From: Macrostomum lignano
Lineage: Eukaryota
Direction: 5' to 3'
Assembly: GCA_002269645.1 (NCBI GenBank)
Contig: NIVC01000222.1
Location: 124,001 to 188,000 of the forward strand
Length of the DNA: 64,000 nt
The notes beneath the pieces are model-generated. The model made no database searches. It had not been told where the DNA came from and saw nothing but the letters and a program-made list of their open reading frames with translations. Numbering within the stretch: the first letter of the stretch is position 1; the number at the start of each line of letters is the position of its first letter. Shown here piece by piece: positions 45,054-57,171 of the stretch. The position numbers and the translations under genes were made by a program.

Positions 45054-47755
45054 TCAGCGCATCAGAGTTGACGCTCCTCGAGTTGGCGGCTTCGGTGGCT
45101 GATCCCCGCTGCTGCCGCCGCCCCCAGCACCGCCCGCTCCATGACGACGACTTGAAGGCGGAGGTGGAGGCGGCGGCGTCGATGACACGGCAGAAGCGGA
45201 TCGCCGAGTTGGTTGCGGCGCTGTGGTGGGCACGAACGGTCGGACAGAGGGCAGGCCGGCAGACTCGCGCCGGGGTGGCGGCGGCGCTGGCGGGGTGGCG
45301 TCAGCGACAGCGGCAGCGGGAGGCTGCACGCCCTGGGTGATCAGCAGAGAAGGTCAGAATCCGAAATGACACCTCAGAATCCCAAGACATTTCAGAATCC
45401 CAAGACATTTCAGAATCCCAAATGACATTACAGAAACCCAAATGACATTACAGAGTCCCAAATGACATCACATGACACTTCAGAATCCCAAATGACATTA
45501 CAGAGTCCCACATGACATTACAGAGTCCCACATGACACTCAGAATTCTCAGAAAAAAGTTGCCTCACCTGATAAGTGGGATTTGACACCAGCTGCGCGGC
45601 GGCACCAGTCCGCGGCCGCCTCGAAGTCAAAGTCGGTGTCGAAGTCGCCGCAGACTGTGCCGCGGTCACTGCAGAGGTAGATCTCTGCTGTTGCTGCTGT
45701 AATTTCTGCTTCTGCTGCTGCGCCTGCTTCCGATCCAACAGCTGCTGCAGTTGCTGCAGTTTTGCCGAAGTCGATGCGACATCGGCGGCATCGTCGGGAA
45801 ATCCGCCGTCATCGTCGACACCCGACGCTGTCGCGGCAATGGTCGCCGACCGTCTACTAGCTGGAGACCCTACAGCTGTTGAACTCGGCTTCTGCTGACC
45901 GCTGCCGGTCCGATACTGGCACATCATCCGCTCCTCCAATCGACTTTTGTGCTTCTGCAACGAGGCAAGCATCTCGCGCAGCTGCCTCTCCTCCGACAAG
46001 CTGCGGTCGTGATTAGCCCTACCACCCGAAGCCTCGGCAGTTGTTGCAGTGCCAGAACTATTGCTACTATTGTTATTATTGACAGCGGCAATCAGATCTT
46101 GATTCTGAGCCACTAACTCACGCATCTCGGCTGCTAAACTGGAGTTCTCAGTAGTTAACCGACGCTCGGTAGCTTCGCGTTCGGACAGCAGGTTGCGCAA
46201 TTTGGCCAGTTCAGATTCGGTTTCAGCCAGTGCGGATTCTTTCTCTGCTAGTCGGCGTCGGGTTGAAGTCAGCTCAGATGTTAGCGATCGGGATTCCGCC
46301 TCGATACGGTCGCGTGCGGACTGTAGGCGAGTCTGTTCGCTGGATAGACTGGCCAACTCGGCTTGTAGTTGGATGCATCTGAGGTTGAAGTTATGTATGT
46401 ATGAGTTCGGGTTTGTCTAACTTGCATTTTGTTAGTTGCAAGATTGCAGGTTGACTCTCCTTTTCCACCACCTGCTCATAGAGTCCCGGTCTCAAGTCTA
46501 CTTCTCTCTCCCCATTCTCACCACCTGCTCATTGAGTCCCGATCTCAAGTCTACTTCTCACTCTCCCCCATTCTCACCACCTGCTCATAGAGTCCCGGTC
46601 TCAAGTCTTCTTCTCACTCTCCCCCATTCTCACCTCCTGCTCATAGAGTCCCGGTCTCAAGTCTACTTCTCACTCTTCCCCATTTTCACCTCTTGCTCAT
46701 AGAGTCCCGGTCTCAAGTCTACTTCTCACTCTCCCCCATTCTCACCTCCTGCTCATAGAGTCCCGGTCTCAAGTCTACTTCTCACTCTCCCCCATTCTCA
46801 CCACCTGCTCATAGAGTCCCGGTCTCAAGTCTACTTCTCACTCTCGCCCATTCTCACCACCTGCTCATAGAGTCCCGGTCTCAAGTCTTCTTCTCACTCT
46901 CCCCTATTCTCACCTCCTGCTCATAGAGTCCCGGTCTCAAGTCTACTTCTCACTCTCGCCCATTCTCACCACCTGCTCATAGAGTCCCGGTCTCAAGTCT
47001 ACTTCTCACTCTTCCCCATTCTCCCCACCTGCTCATAGAGTCCCGGTCTCAAGTCTACTTCTCACTCTCGCCCATTCTCACCACCTGCTCATAGAGTCCC
47101 GGTCTCAAGTCTACTTCTCACTCTTCCCCATTCTCACCACCTGCTCATAGAGTCCCGGTCTCAAGTCTACTTCTCACTCTTCCCCATTCTCCCCGCCTGC
47201 TCACCTTCTAGAATCCTCAGCCAGATCCTTAGTCTCGCTCTGCAGCGCCTCCTGCAGATGCTTGAGTCCTTCAGCTTCACCCAATAGTCGTTCTACTTCC
47301 GCGTCGCGCTCTTTTAACTGAGATTTTTTCTGTTTCAATTCGTTTAATAATTTCTGCCGTTCATCGCGGGCGGACTCCAGCTCGGCAGCCAACCGGTCGT
47401 GCAGACGGCGCAGCTGGTCATAGTCAGCTGACAACCTGGCGTGGTCCTTGTCCAGCGAGTGCAGGCGGGACTGCTGCTCGCTAACTAGCGACTGTAGCCT
47501 GTGCGTGCGGTGTATGGTGCCAGTCTAGTTAGCTGCACCATTCGCAGGCGGATAGGGGGCTAAGCAGTCAAGCCCAGCTAGACTACCCAACTAACAGCCT
47601 AACTAACTAACTGACTGACTGACTAACTAACTACCAGTAACTGACTGACCAACTAACTAACTAACTAACTGACTAACTGACTAACTAACTGACTAACTAA
47701 CTAACTAACTAACTAACTGACTGACTGACTGACTGACTGACTGACTGACTGACTG

Positions 47756-47812
<57 letters not shown>

Positions 47813-47863
47813 TTAACTAACTGACTAACTAACTAACTAACTGACTAACTGACTAACTAACTG

Positions 47864-47904
<41 letters not shown>

Positions 47905-47929
47905 TTAACTAACTGACTAACTAACTAAT

Positions 47930-47962
<33 letters not shown>

Positions 47963-48027
47963 GACTAACTAACTAATTAACTAACTAACTGACTGACTAA
48001 ATAACTGACTGACTGACTGACTGACTG

Positions 48028-48058
<31 letters not shown>

Positions 48059-48151
48059 GACTAACTAACTAATTAACTAACTAACTGACTAACTAACTAA
48101 CTAACTAACTAACTGACTAACTAACTGACTGACTGACTGACTGACTGACTG

Positions 48152-48212
<61 letters not shown>

Positions 48213-48221
48213 TTAACTAAT

Positions 48222-48254
<33 letters not shown>

Positions 48255-48315
48255 GACTAACTAACTAATTAACTAACTGACTGACTAAATAACTGACTGA
48301 CTGACTGACTGACTG

Positions 48316-48362
<47 letters not shown>

Positions 48363-48479
48363 GACTAACTAACTAATTAACTAACTAACTAACTAACTAA
48401 CTGACTAACTAACTGACTAACTAACTGACTAACTAACTAATTAACTAACTAACTGACTGACTAAATAACTGACTGACTG

Positions 48480-48546
<67 letters not shown>

Positions 48547-48547
48547 G

Positions 48548-48582
<35 letters not shown>

Positions 48583-51500
48583 GACTAACTAACTAATTAA
48601 CTAACTAACTGACTAACTAACTAATTAACTAACTAACTGACTAACTAACTAACTGACTAACTGACTAACTAACTGACTAACTAACTGACTAACGAACTAA
48701 CTAGCTAACTGACTGACTGACTAAAGTCTGACTAACTAACTAACAAACAAACAAACAAACAAACAAACTAACTAACTATTCAATGAACCTTTAGCTCACA
48801 TAAAAAATGACATGTACAATACAATAAATCAACAAGACTTACTTGTCCACCTCCAGCTTGAGAGCTTCACTGTCCGACACTGCGCCACTAAGTTGCACAT
48901 TGGCTGCAGCCAGCTGCCTGTGCAGGTCGCTGAGTTCATCTTGAGCAGCAGACAGCCGCTCCTCAGCAGAGGCGGCCCTGTCTCGCACAGCCGACAAGGT
49001 GACCGCGTGATTGGATCGCTCAGTCTCTAAGGCGGCGTTCTTGCGCTCTAATTGGATAAGGCGGTCTTTCACGCCCAGCAGGTCCTTTGTTTATGGTGGT
49101 GAAGTGTGAATTTCTATGATTAACATAAGGTTTTTGATAATCTCACCTTATTTAATCTGGCTAACTGATAATCTCACCTTATTTAATCTGGCTTATTAAA
49201 AATCTCACCTTATTTAATCTGGCTTATTAGCTCGTAAAAATCTCACCTTATTTAATCTAGCTAATTGGTAATCACAAGCTTATTTAATTTGGCTAACTGA
49301 TAATCTCCCCTTATTTAATCTGGCTTAGTAGATAATCTCACCTTTACTAACATGGCTCATCGATAATCTCACCTTCACTAACATGGCTCATTGATAATCT
49401 TACCTTACTAACCCGGCTTATTGATAATCTTACCTTACTAACCCGGCTCATTGATAATCTCACTTTTAGAACTTAGCCTCCCTAAGAACATTCCTGAAAC
49501 AAATAAAACTTGAAGAAATCAGTCTGACCTTACCTGCATATGACGACCGCTCGCCCCGCCCACTCCAGCCTCCGCCTCATCAAGCGCCAACTCCGCTCGC
49601 CTTCTGGCCTCCTCCTCAGCCTCCAGCCGAGTTCGAGCCTGCTCCAGCTCAGTCTGAATCGATTCTATTCGACTCTCCAAAGCGGCCACGGTTGCCCCGG
49701 TGTTGGCAGCCTGTCGACGCTCCTGACTAACCAGAGCCTGACACCTGACCTTCTCTTGGACCAGCTGCTCTCTCAGGCTGGCAGCGGTGCCCCGCTCCAA
49801 GCTCAAACTGCTCAGCAGTTGAAGCCGCTCCTTCTCTAACTCGTGCAGCTCGGCAGCTGAGCAGTCCAGCTCGGATAGTTGAGCTTTTAACGATGTAGCT
49901 TCATCTCTGGCTGATGCAGCCTCCGTTGCCGAAGCTTCAGCAGCCGCGGTGGCCGCGTCGGCGACTCGACGCAGCCGACGGGCTTCTTTGTCGGCAGCGG
50001 CGCGAGCGTCAGCGGCCTCGGCGGCTGCCGAACGCAGCGTGGCAACCTCAGCAGCGCTGGACTGGCGTTGTCGATCAGATTCTTGGCGAAGACGGTCGTG
50101 CGCGAGTTCCAGGTCCTCCAGCTGCTGCTGGGCTGCGGTCGCCTGAGAAGGTGCGATTCAACTCATGATCATAGCGGGTGTACAAATCGGTCATGAAATG
50201 AAATATTGTTAGGTCCAAACAGAGTTCACAAACCGGTCATGATAAACTTCTAGCTTGGGTCATAAACCTGTCATGATAAATTTCTTTTTTTGGTCATAAA
50301 CTGGTCATGACAAACTTCTAGCAAGGGTCATAAACCGGTCATGATAAACTTCTAGCTTGGGTCATAAACCGGTCATGATAAACTTCTAGCTTGGGTCATA
50401 AACCCATCATGATAAACTTTTTGTTTCAGTAATACGATCGATCATAAAAGCTGAATTTTTCAATCAAACAAAATCAACCGTATCTAAACTCGTGTACAAA
50501 TACTGTACAAAAACATCTCAAACCTTGGCCTCGGCGCTCTTGCACTCAGCTGTCAGCCGTTGAATCTCAGCAGCATCGGCTTCGACTTTGCCAGCAGTCG
50601 CGGATTTCGCCAACTCCAGCTCCCGCTCCAGACGGCGGCATCGATCCTCAGCTGCCGACAGCTTGTCGGAGAGATCGGCCGCCGCTGACTCCGCATCGCG
50701 TAGTCGACGTCGGGCAGCGGAGCGTTCATCGGCCAGAGCCGCCTCCGCCTGGGCGTCGGCTCGAAGACAGTCAGCCAGCGACTCGCCAACGCCGCCAGGC
50801 ATCGGCGGGACAGTCGCAGAGGGGAAGGAAGATGAAGAAGCTGAAGCGGCGGCGGCTGCTGCAGCTTCCAGCTCGGAGTTGGTGCGAGTCAGCTCGGCGA
50901 GACGCGACCTGGCAGCGTCCAAGGATGCGGCGAGCTCCGCGTTGGACTGGCGAAGGCGGCTGAGCTCCGCCTGCTGCTGGCGAGTCTGCGATTTACAGGC
51001 GATGATGGCCGAGTTTCTGTGTTGCTAGCTGGTTTGGCTTAGCTGGGAGGCTGGCCCAGTAACTGGGGATCTGAGAGGCTGGCCCAGCAACTGACACTCT
51101 GGGAGGCTGGCCCAGCAACTGGGGATCTGGGAGGCTGGCCCAGCAACTGGGGATCTGGGAGGCTGGCCCAGCAACTGAGGATCTGGGAGGCTGGCCCAGA
51201 AACTGGGGATCTGGGAGGCTGGCCCAGCAACTGGGGATCTGGGAGGCTGGCCCAGCAACTGACACTCTGGGAGGCTGGCCCAGCAACTGAGGATCTGAGA
51301 GGCTGGCCCAGCAACTAAGGATTTGGGAGGCTGGCCCAGCAACTGAGGATCTGAGAGGCTGGCCCAGCAACTAAGGATTTGGGAGGCTGGCCCAGCAACT
51401 GACACTCTGGGAGGCTGGCTCAGCAACTGACACTGGGAGGCTGGCCCAGCAACTGACACTCTGGGAGGCTGGCTCAGCAACTGACACTGGGAGGCTGGCC

Positions 51501-54500
51501 TAGCAACTGACACTGGGAGGCTGGCTCACCTTCTCCGCCGCGCTGCCCGCAGCCTCCAGCTCCTCTTCCAGCTCAGCCAGGCGCCGCCGCATAGCCAGGC
51601 ACTCAGCCTGAGCAGTCTCATCCGTGCGCGCCCTCGCCGACTCGGCCAGTCTTGTCCGATCCCGCAGCCGTTCAACCTCGGACTCGAGCTTGGCAGCGGC
51701 AACCAGGCGCTCCCTGGCGGCGTCCAGTTCGTCCCGCAGCAGCCGAGCAGAGGTGGCCTCCCCGGCCAGTCGGCCGTTCTCGTCGCGAAGTTTCGAAACG
51801 GCGGTGCGAAGTTCGGCGAGTTCGGATTCGGCATCAGCCAGGCTGTCGGCCACTTCGTCTCGCTCGGCTCGCATTCGGCGAAGTCGGGATTGAAGCTCGG
51901 CGACTTCAACAACTGCATGCTGCTGCTTTTGCTGAGTCTGTTGGGAGCCGATTGGAGACGAGGTCACAGGGGAATTTTCTAAAGATCACTCTTAGATCTT
52001 CAAGTAACCCTAAAGGCGATTCTCATTAGTATAAGGGCGATTCTCATTGAGATCTAAGGGCGATTCTCATTGAGATCTAAGGGCGATTCTCATTGGGATC
52101 TAAGGGCGATTCACATTGGGATCTAATGGCGATTCTCACTGAGATCTAAGGGCGATTCACATTGGGATCTAATGGCGATTCTCACTGAGATCTAAGGGCG
52201 ATTCTCACTGAGGATCTAAGGTCGATTCTCACTGAGATCTAAGGGCGATTCTCATTGGGATCTAATGGCGATTCTCACTGAGATCTAAGGGCGATTCACA
52301 TTGGGATCTAATGGCGATTCTCACTGAGATCTAAGGCGATTTACATTGGGATCTAATGGCGATTCTCACTGAGATCTAAGGGCGATTCACATTGGGATCT
52401 AATGGCGATTCTCACTGAGATCTAAGGGCGATTCTCATTGGGATCTAATGGCGATTCTCACTGAGATCTAAGGCGATTCACATTGGGATCTAAGGGCGGT
52501 TCCTATTGGGGATCTAAGGGCGATTTTCAGTAAGATCTAAGGGCGATTTTCAGTAAGATCTAAGGGCGATTTTCAGTGAGATCTAAGGGCGATTCTTTTT
52601 GAGGATCTAAGGGCGATTTTTATTGAGGATCTAAGGGCGATTTTTATTGAGGATCTAAGGGCGATTTTTATTGAGGATCTAAGGGCGATTTTTATTGAGG
52701 ATCTAAGGGCGATTCTTATTTAGGATCTAAGAACGACTTTCATTGGGATCTAAGGGCGATTCTCAGTGAGATCTAAGGGCGATTCTCAGTGAGATCTAAG
52801 GGCGATTCTCAGTGAAATCTAAGGGCGATTTACAGTGAGATCTATTAAGGGCGATTCTCAGTGAGATCTTCTAAGGGCGATTCTCATTGGGAATCTAAGG
52901 GCGATTCTCAGTGAGATCTAAGGGCGATTTACAGTGAGATCTACTAAGGGCGATTCTCAGTGAGATCTAAGGGCGATTCCTATTGGGGATCTAAGGGCGA
53001 TTTTCAGTAAGATCTAAGGGCGATTTTCAGTAAGATCTAAGGGCGATTTTCAGTAAGATCTAAGGGCGATTTTCAGTGAGATCTAAGGGCGATTCTTTTT
53101 GAGGATCTAAGGGCGATTTTTATTGAGGATCTAAGGGAGATTCCTATTGGGGATCTAAGGGAGATTCTGTTTCACCAAAACAGACAGGGCCTATTCGTAC
53201 CTGACTGGCCACGACTTCAACTTCGTCGTTTTCTCGAACCCACGTCAACGAGCCAGCAGCAGCAGCCTCAGCCTGCGCTCTGTGCAGCCGCAGCAGCAGT
53301 TTGCCAGCGTCAAACAGCAGTCCATCCCGCTGATCTCGAAGCTGCTTAACAGCTCGCCAAGCCTGGGGAGTCAGGCAGGATTCAGCAACCAGGTGACAGC
53401 CATCTTCGTCTGGCGCTGCGGAATCTGTGTCTGGCGGCATCACGGTCCGGAGTAAGCTGACAAACCTGTTAGATGGCGTGGCGGATCGATTAAAAAACCG
53501 TTAGCGATCTCTATGGAAATAACCATTGTCATAATAATCACTTACTCAATTCCTTATTCCGCGAACCTCAACAAAACACCCAAGTCGAGCACATTAGCTG
53601 AAAATACCTCCACTGTTTCACCTGGAAATACCCCCACTGCTTTACCTGGAAATACCCCCACTGCTTTACCTGGAAATACCCCTACTGCTTCACCTGGAAA
53701 TACCCCTACTGCTTTACCTGGAAATACCTCCACTGTTTCACCTGGAAATACCCCTACTGCTTCACCTGGAAATACCCCTACTGCTTTACCTGGAAATACC
53801 TCCACTGTTTCACCTGGAAATACCCCTACTGCTTCACCTGGAAATACCCCTACTGCTTTACCTGAAAATACCCCCACTGCTTCACCGGGAAATATTCTGC
53901 TGCTTCACCTGGAAATATCCCCACTGATTTATCTGGAAATACCCCCACTGCTTTACCTGGAAATACCCCCACTGCTTTACCTGGAAATACCCCCACTGAT
54001 TTCTACCCCAATCCAATCTTTAAATACCTCCCCATTTCTTTACAAAGGAAACCCATTCCTTCACCAAGGAAACCCACTCCTTCACCAGGGAATACCCACT
54101 CCGTCACCAAGGAATACCCACTCCGTCACCAGGGAATACCCACTCCTTCACCAGGGAATACCCACTCCTTCACCAGGAAATACCCATTCTCACCAAGGAA
54201 TAGCCTCTCCTTAATCAGGTATTACCACACTTCTTAATTTGGAAATACCCCATTCCTTCACTAAGGAATATCCCACTTCGACACCTGGGAATATCCCATC
54301 TACTTTATCTGTAAATATCCCTCTCCTTCACTCAAAAAAGGCCTACAACCAAACCAACCACCCATAAGTGAACTTCCAAATGTATTAAAAAACCTTTGTT
54401 AACTTTGAAAGGAAAAGCAAAACAAAAGAAAAACGCACCTGGACAACTCCTGATCATCAAAGGTAGCCCTCAGATTAGCTACAAACTGTTCTTTGCAAGC

Positions 54501-54986
54501 CTCGCTCTGTGCAGCGGCACCTAGCAACAAGAGCAAGCAGGTGTACAGCTCAGAGCCCAATCCACTATCGAAGCCCTCGCCGCCGCAATGAATATTGTCT
54601 AACAGGCTGACAAAATTAGTTGGCGACATCAAAACACAGCTGCCCAGTTCGCGTTCATAAAACGCTGACAATCGCTTATGAATTTTCTTCCAATTGCGCA
54701 ATCGACCAGCCAGACTCTCGGCATCATCAGTGTCATCGCCGCTATCGCTGCTATTGCTGCTCAAGCTACTACTTCCAATAGTAGTAGTATTAGCTACTAA
54801 CTGGGCATAGTTAGGATCAATTTGACGATAAACAGCATTCAGAATTGAGCCATCCAACAGCCAATCCCAGTCTAAAATCCTGCCAGATTCGATCTCGGCA
54901 GTGGTTGGCAGCTGGCCAGCAAAGCTTTTTAACCATCTGGCAATGAGATTGGCCAAGTCTTGACTAGAAGAAGCTTGAGTGCTCAT
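45054..54986 (-). CDS. CCDC88: CCDC88 (Girdin/Daple)-like Hook-domain coiled-coil protein, 9 exons, about 1315 aa
   Basis: Exons 54986-54439, 53456-53201, 51937-51530, 51024-50524, 50142-49534, 49084-48843, 47498-47205, 46378-45568 and 45332-45054 total 3948 nt in consistent phase. The N-terminus is Hook-type (WL.SF, LLDG..L..V..QIDP, LLLLLGAAAQ). A Girdin-like segment EATSARLLRDELDA.RE....KLESEVER is present. Confidence 0.9.
45365..45545. repeat. 20-bp intronic minisatellite (CAGAATCCCAAATGACATTA)
   Basis: CCDC88-like intron 8. Confidence 0.85.
46465..47204. repeat. 56-bp intronic minisatellite whose first unit contains the donor site
   Basis: Plus-strand CCTGCTCAT recurs every 56 bp (ending 47092, 47148). 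The terminal copy is CCTGCTCAC, which is the donor GTGAGCAGG, ending at 47204. Confidence 0.92.
47595..48780. repeat. About 1.2-kb (CTAA/CTGA)n tetranucleotide microsatellite
   Basis: CCDC88-like intron 6. It reads (TTAG/TCAG)n on the transcript strand. Confidence 0.98.
49130..49470. repeat. About 30-32-bp intronic minisatellite (GATAATCTCACCTTATTTAATCTGGCT...)
   Basis: CCDC88-like intron 5. Confidence 0.85.
50210..50420. repeat. 34-bp intronic minisatellite (AAACCGGTCATGATAAACTTCTAGCTTGGGTCAT)
   Basis: CCDC88-like intron 4. Confidence 0.85.
51040..51529 (-). repeat. 28-bp dispersed minisatellite, copy 5, filling CCDC88-like intron 3
   Basis: Begins at the donor itself: GTGAGCCAGCCTCCCAG versus the unit CTGGGCCAGCCTCCCAG. 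Confidence 0.92.
52010..53165. repeat. 23-bp intronic minisatellite (GAGATCTAAGGGCGATTCTCACT)
   Basis: Fills CCDC88-like intron 2. Confidence 0.95.
53590..54300. repeat. 24-bp intronic minisatellite (CCTGGAAATACCCCCACTGCTTTA), decaying distally
   Basis: CCDC88-like intron 1. Confidence 0.9.
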
Positions 54987-56412
54987 TTGACACTGATTGC
55001 TGTTTTAAATCACTTGGCGCTGCACTGGTAGATAATGGCTGGAAATCAGCATAGCATAAAATAAAATAATTGAAGAACAATTATCATTTTTATAAGTGCT
55101 ATGAAAATACAGACAAATTTAGACAAAATTAGGATGCATGCTTTAAAACTAAGATGCATGAGTCGAAAATATCAAAATAAAATATTACCCTCTTAGGTAG
55201 GGAACTCAGTGAGATTGTGGTGCAAATTAAAAAATGCAAAATATAACCAAAACAGTGCTACTTATAAAATAGAAATAAAAATGCCTTAAAATGAGACAAA
55301 ACAGACCAATTAGACAAATTTTTACAAAAGTTACATTGATGTTTTCTGAGAAACATTATATTTTTATATTAAATCATAATAAACATATTCTTCATATTAA
55401 AAAGGGTACTTTAAGGCCAAAAAATTTTTTTTAAGTTTCAAATGCTACTAAAAAATTGTTTTCTTACTTTTTTATCTTTGTTCAAATGGGCAATATTAAA
55501 TGCTGCAATTTGACCATGGATTTTCTAATATAGAATTCATTAAAAACACAATAGAATGAGTACTATTTTTATAACATGCTACACTTTTCTGAGCCTAGAG
55601 CCTAAAGTACCTACTATATGTATAAGTGAATAATCGATTTTTGAAGTCTTATACATGCATTTTGAATGGCAAATAAACTGATTATATATCTATTTCTTGT
55701 TAATTATATATAATTACAAAGTACTTAGGGAATACCAGTTATCAAATAAGCATGTTTCAAAATTTGGCACACATGTAGATAAGTTATAACAATAATATGA
55801 TAGACAAATAGTAACTATAGAGTGGAAGAGTACAAATTAACATTAAATTGATTGATGTGTAATTAATGTCAAAATGATTTTTGAAATAAGAGTAAAAAAT
55901 ACAAAAAATGAGGTAAAACATAAAAATAGGGTAAGCCAAGGAATAGTTATAGAAAAAATACTTTTTTTAATATGTAGCCTAATCATTTGCAAGAATGATT
56001 AGTCTCTTATAGGCAAAACATATTATGAGCCAACAAAAAGATCAATGACAAAATTTTGCATGCTATAACTTTGAAGGCAGCGTTAAAGCTCTTATTTTTT
56101 AATTTTTTTGTGCTAAGTAGTTAAGTTTCCTTGCTGATTGGTAATTGTGTTTTAATTCATACGTTATTTCATATATATTCATAATATTATATATATATAG
56201 CCTATAAGAATGCAAAGATTATAGTAGGCTAGGCATCTTGTGTGCACAGGCTTGTAGAAAAGACAAGAAAGATATATTAAGTTTGGAATTAATGTATTTA
56301 GATATGTTTAGTCATTAGGTATATCAATGTACATATTGATGTTTAAGGTAGAAAGGGAAAAGGTTTAGGTTAACCTATTGGCCTTGCCCCTATCCTTTAT
56401 AGGTATAATATA

Positions 56413-57129
56413 GGTCACCGATCACTTCGGCGATAGGTCACTTCGGCAACAGTCACTTTGGCGACAAGTCACTTCGGCAACAGTCACTTTGGTGACAAGT
56501 CACTTCAGCAACAGTCATTTTGGCGACACATTTGGATCACTTTGGTGATAATTAATAACAACTAAAGAATGCATTTATAATACATGTAGTTTTTGCCAAT
56601 GAAATTTCACAATTAGAAAAACAACACAAATTTTTTATTTATGTATATTTAGGTATTTAGCTAGGTATATTTATGTATATTTAGGTATTTAGCTAGGTAT
56701 ATTTATGTATATTTAAGTATTTAGCTAGGTATATTTATTTATATTTACTTGCCTCCCTTTCCTTCTAGCCTGTCACGCTTCATCTGGACTACAAGGTGGC
56801 CATGTGGCACGCCTTGCGCCAGGTCTTCCCTAATGGTCGAATCCAGGGATGTGTGTTCCACTACACGCAGGTGGTGTGGCATCACATACAGACTGTCGGA
56901 CTACAAGTTGCATACACCACTGACAATGGCACCCAGCGCCTTTGCAGAAAGTTGATGGCACTGCCATTTGCCAAGTGCCAAGATTGCCTGGGCATTCTTC
57001 AAGCTTTGAGGAATGCTGGTAGCAAACGCTCCTCCACAGCTCATCACTCTGCTTGACTATGTCCAGGTAAATTACAAGTATTTTCATATGGTAGTTTGAA
57101 GAGTACTTGTACTTTCTCGATCTGTCTAT

Positions 57130-57171
<42 letters not shown>

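Noticed and set aside
53513-54214. 233-aa PGNTPTA-repeat ORF on +
   Set aside because: It is antisense to CCDC88-like intron 1 and derived from the 24-bp array.
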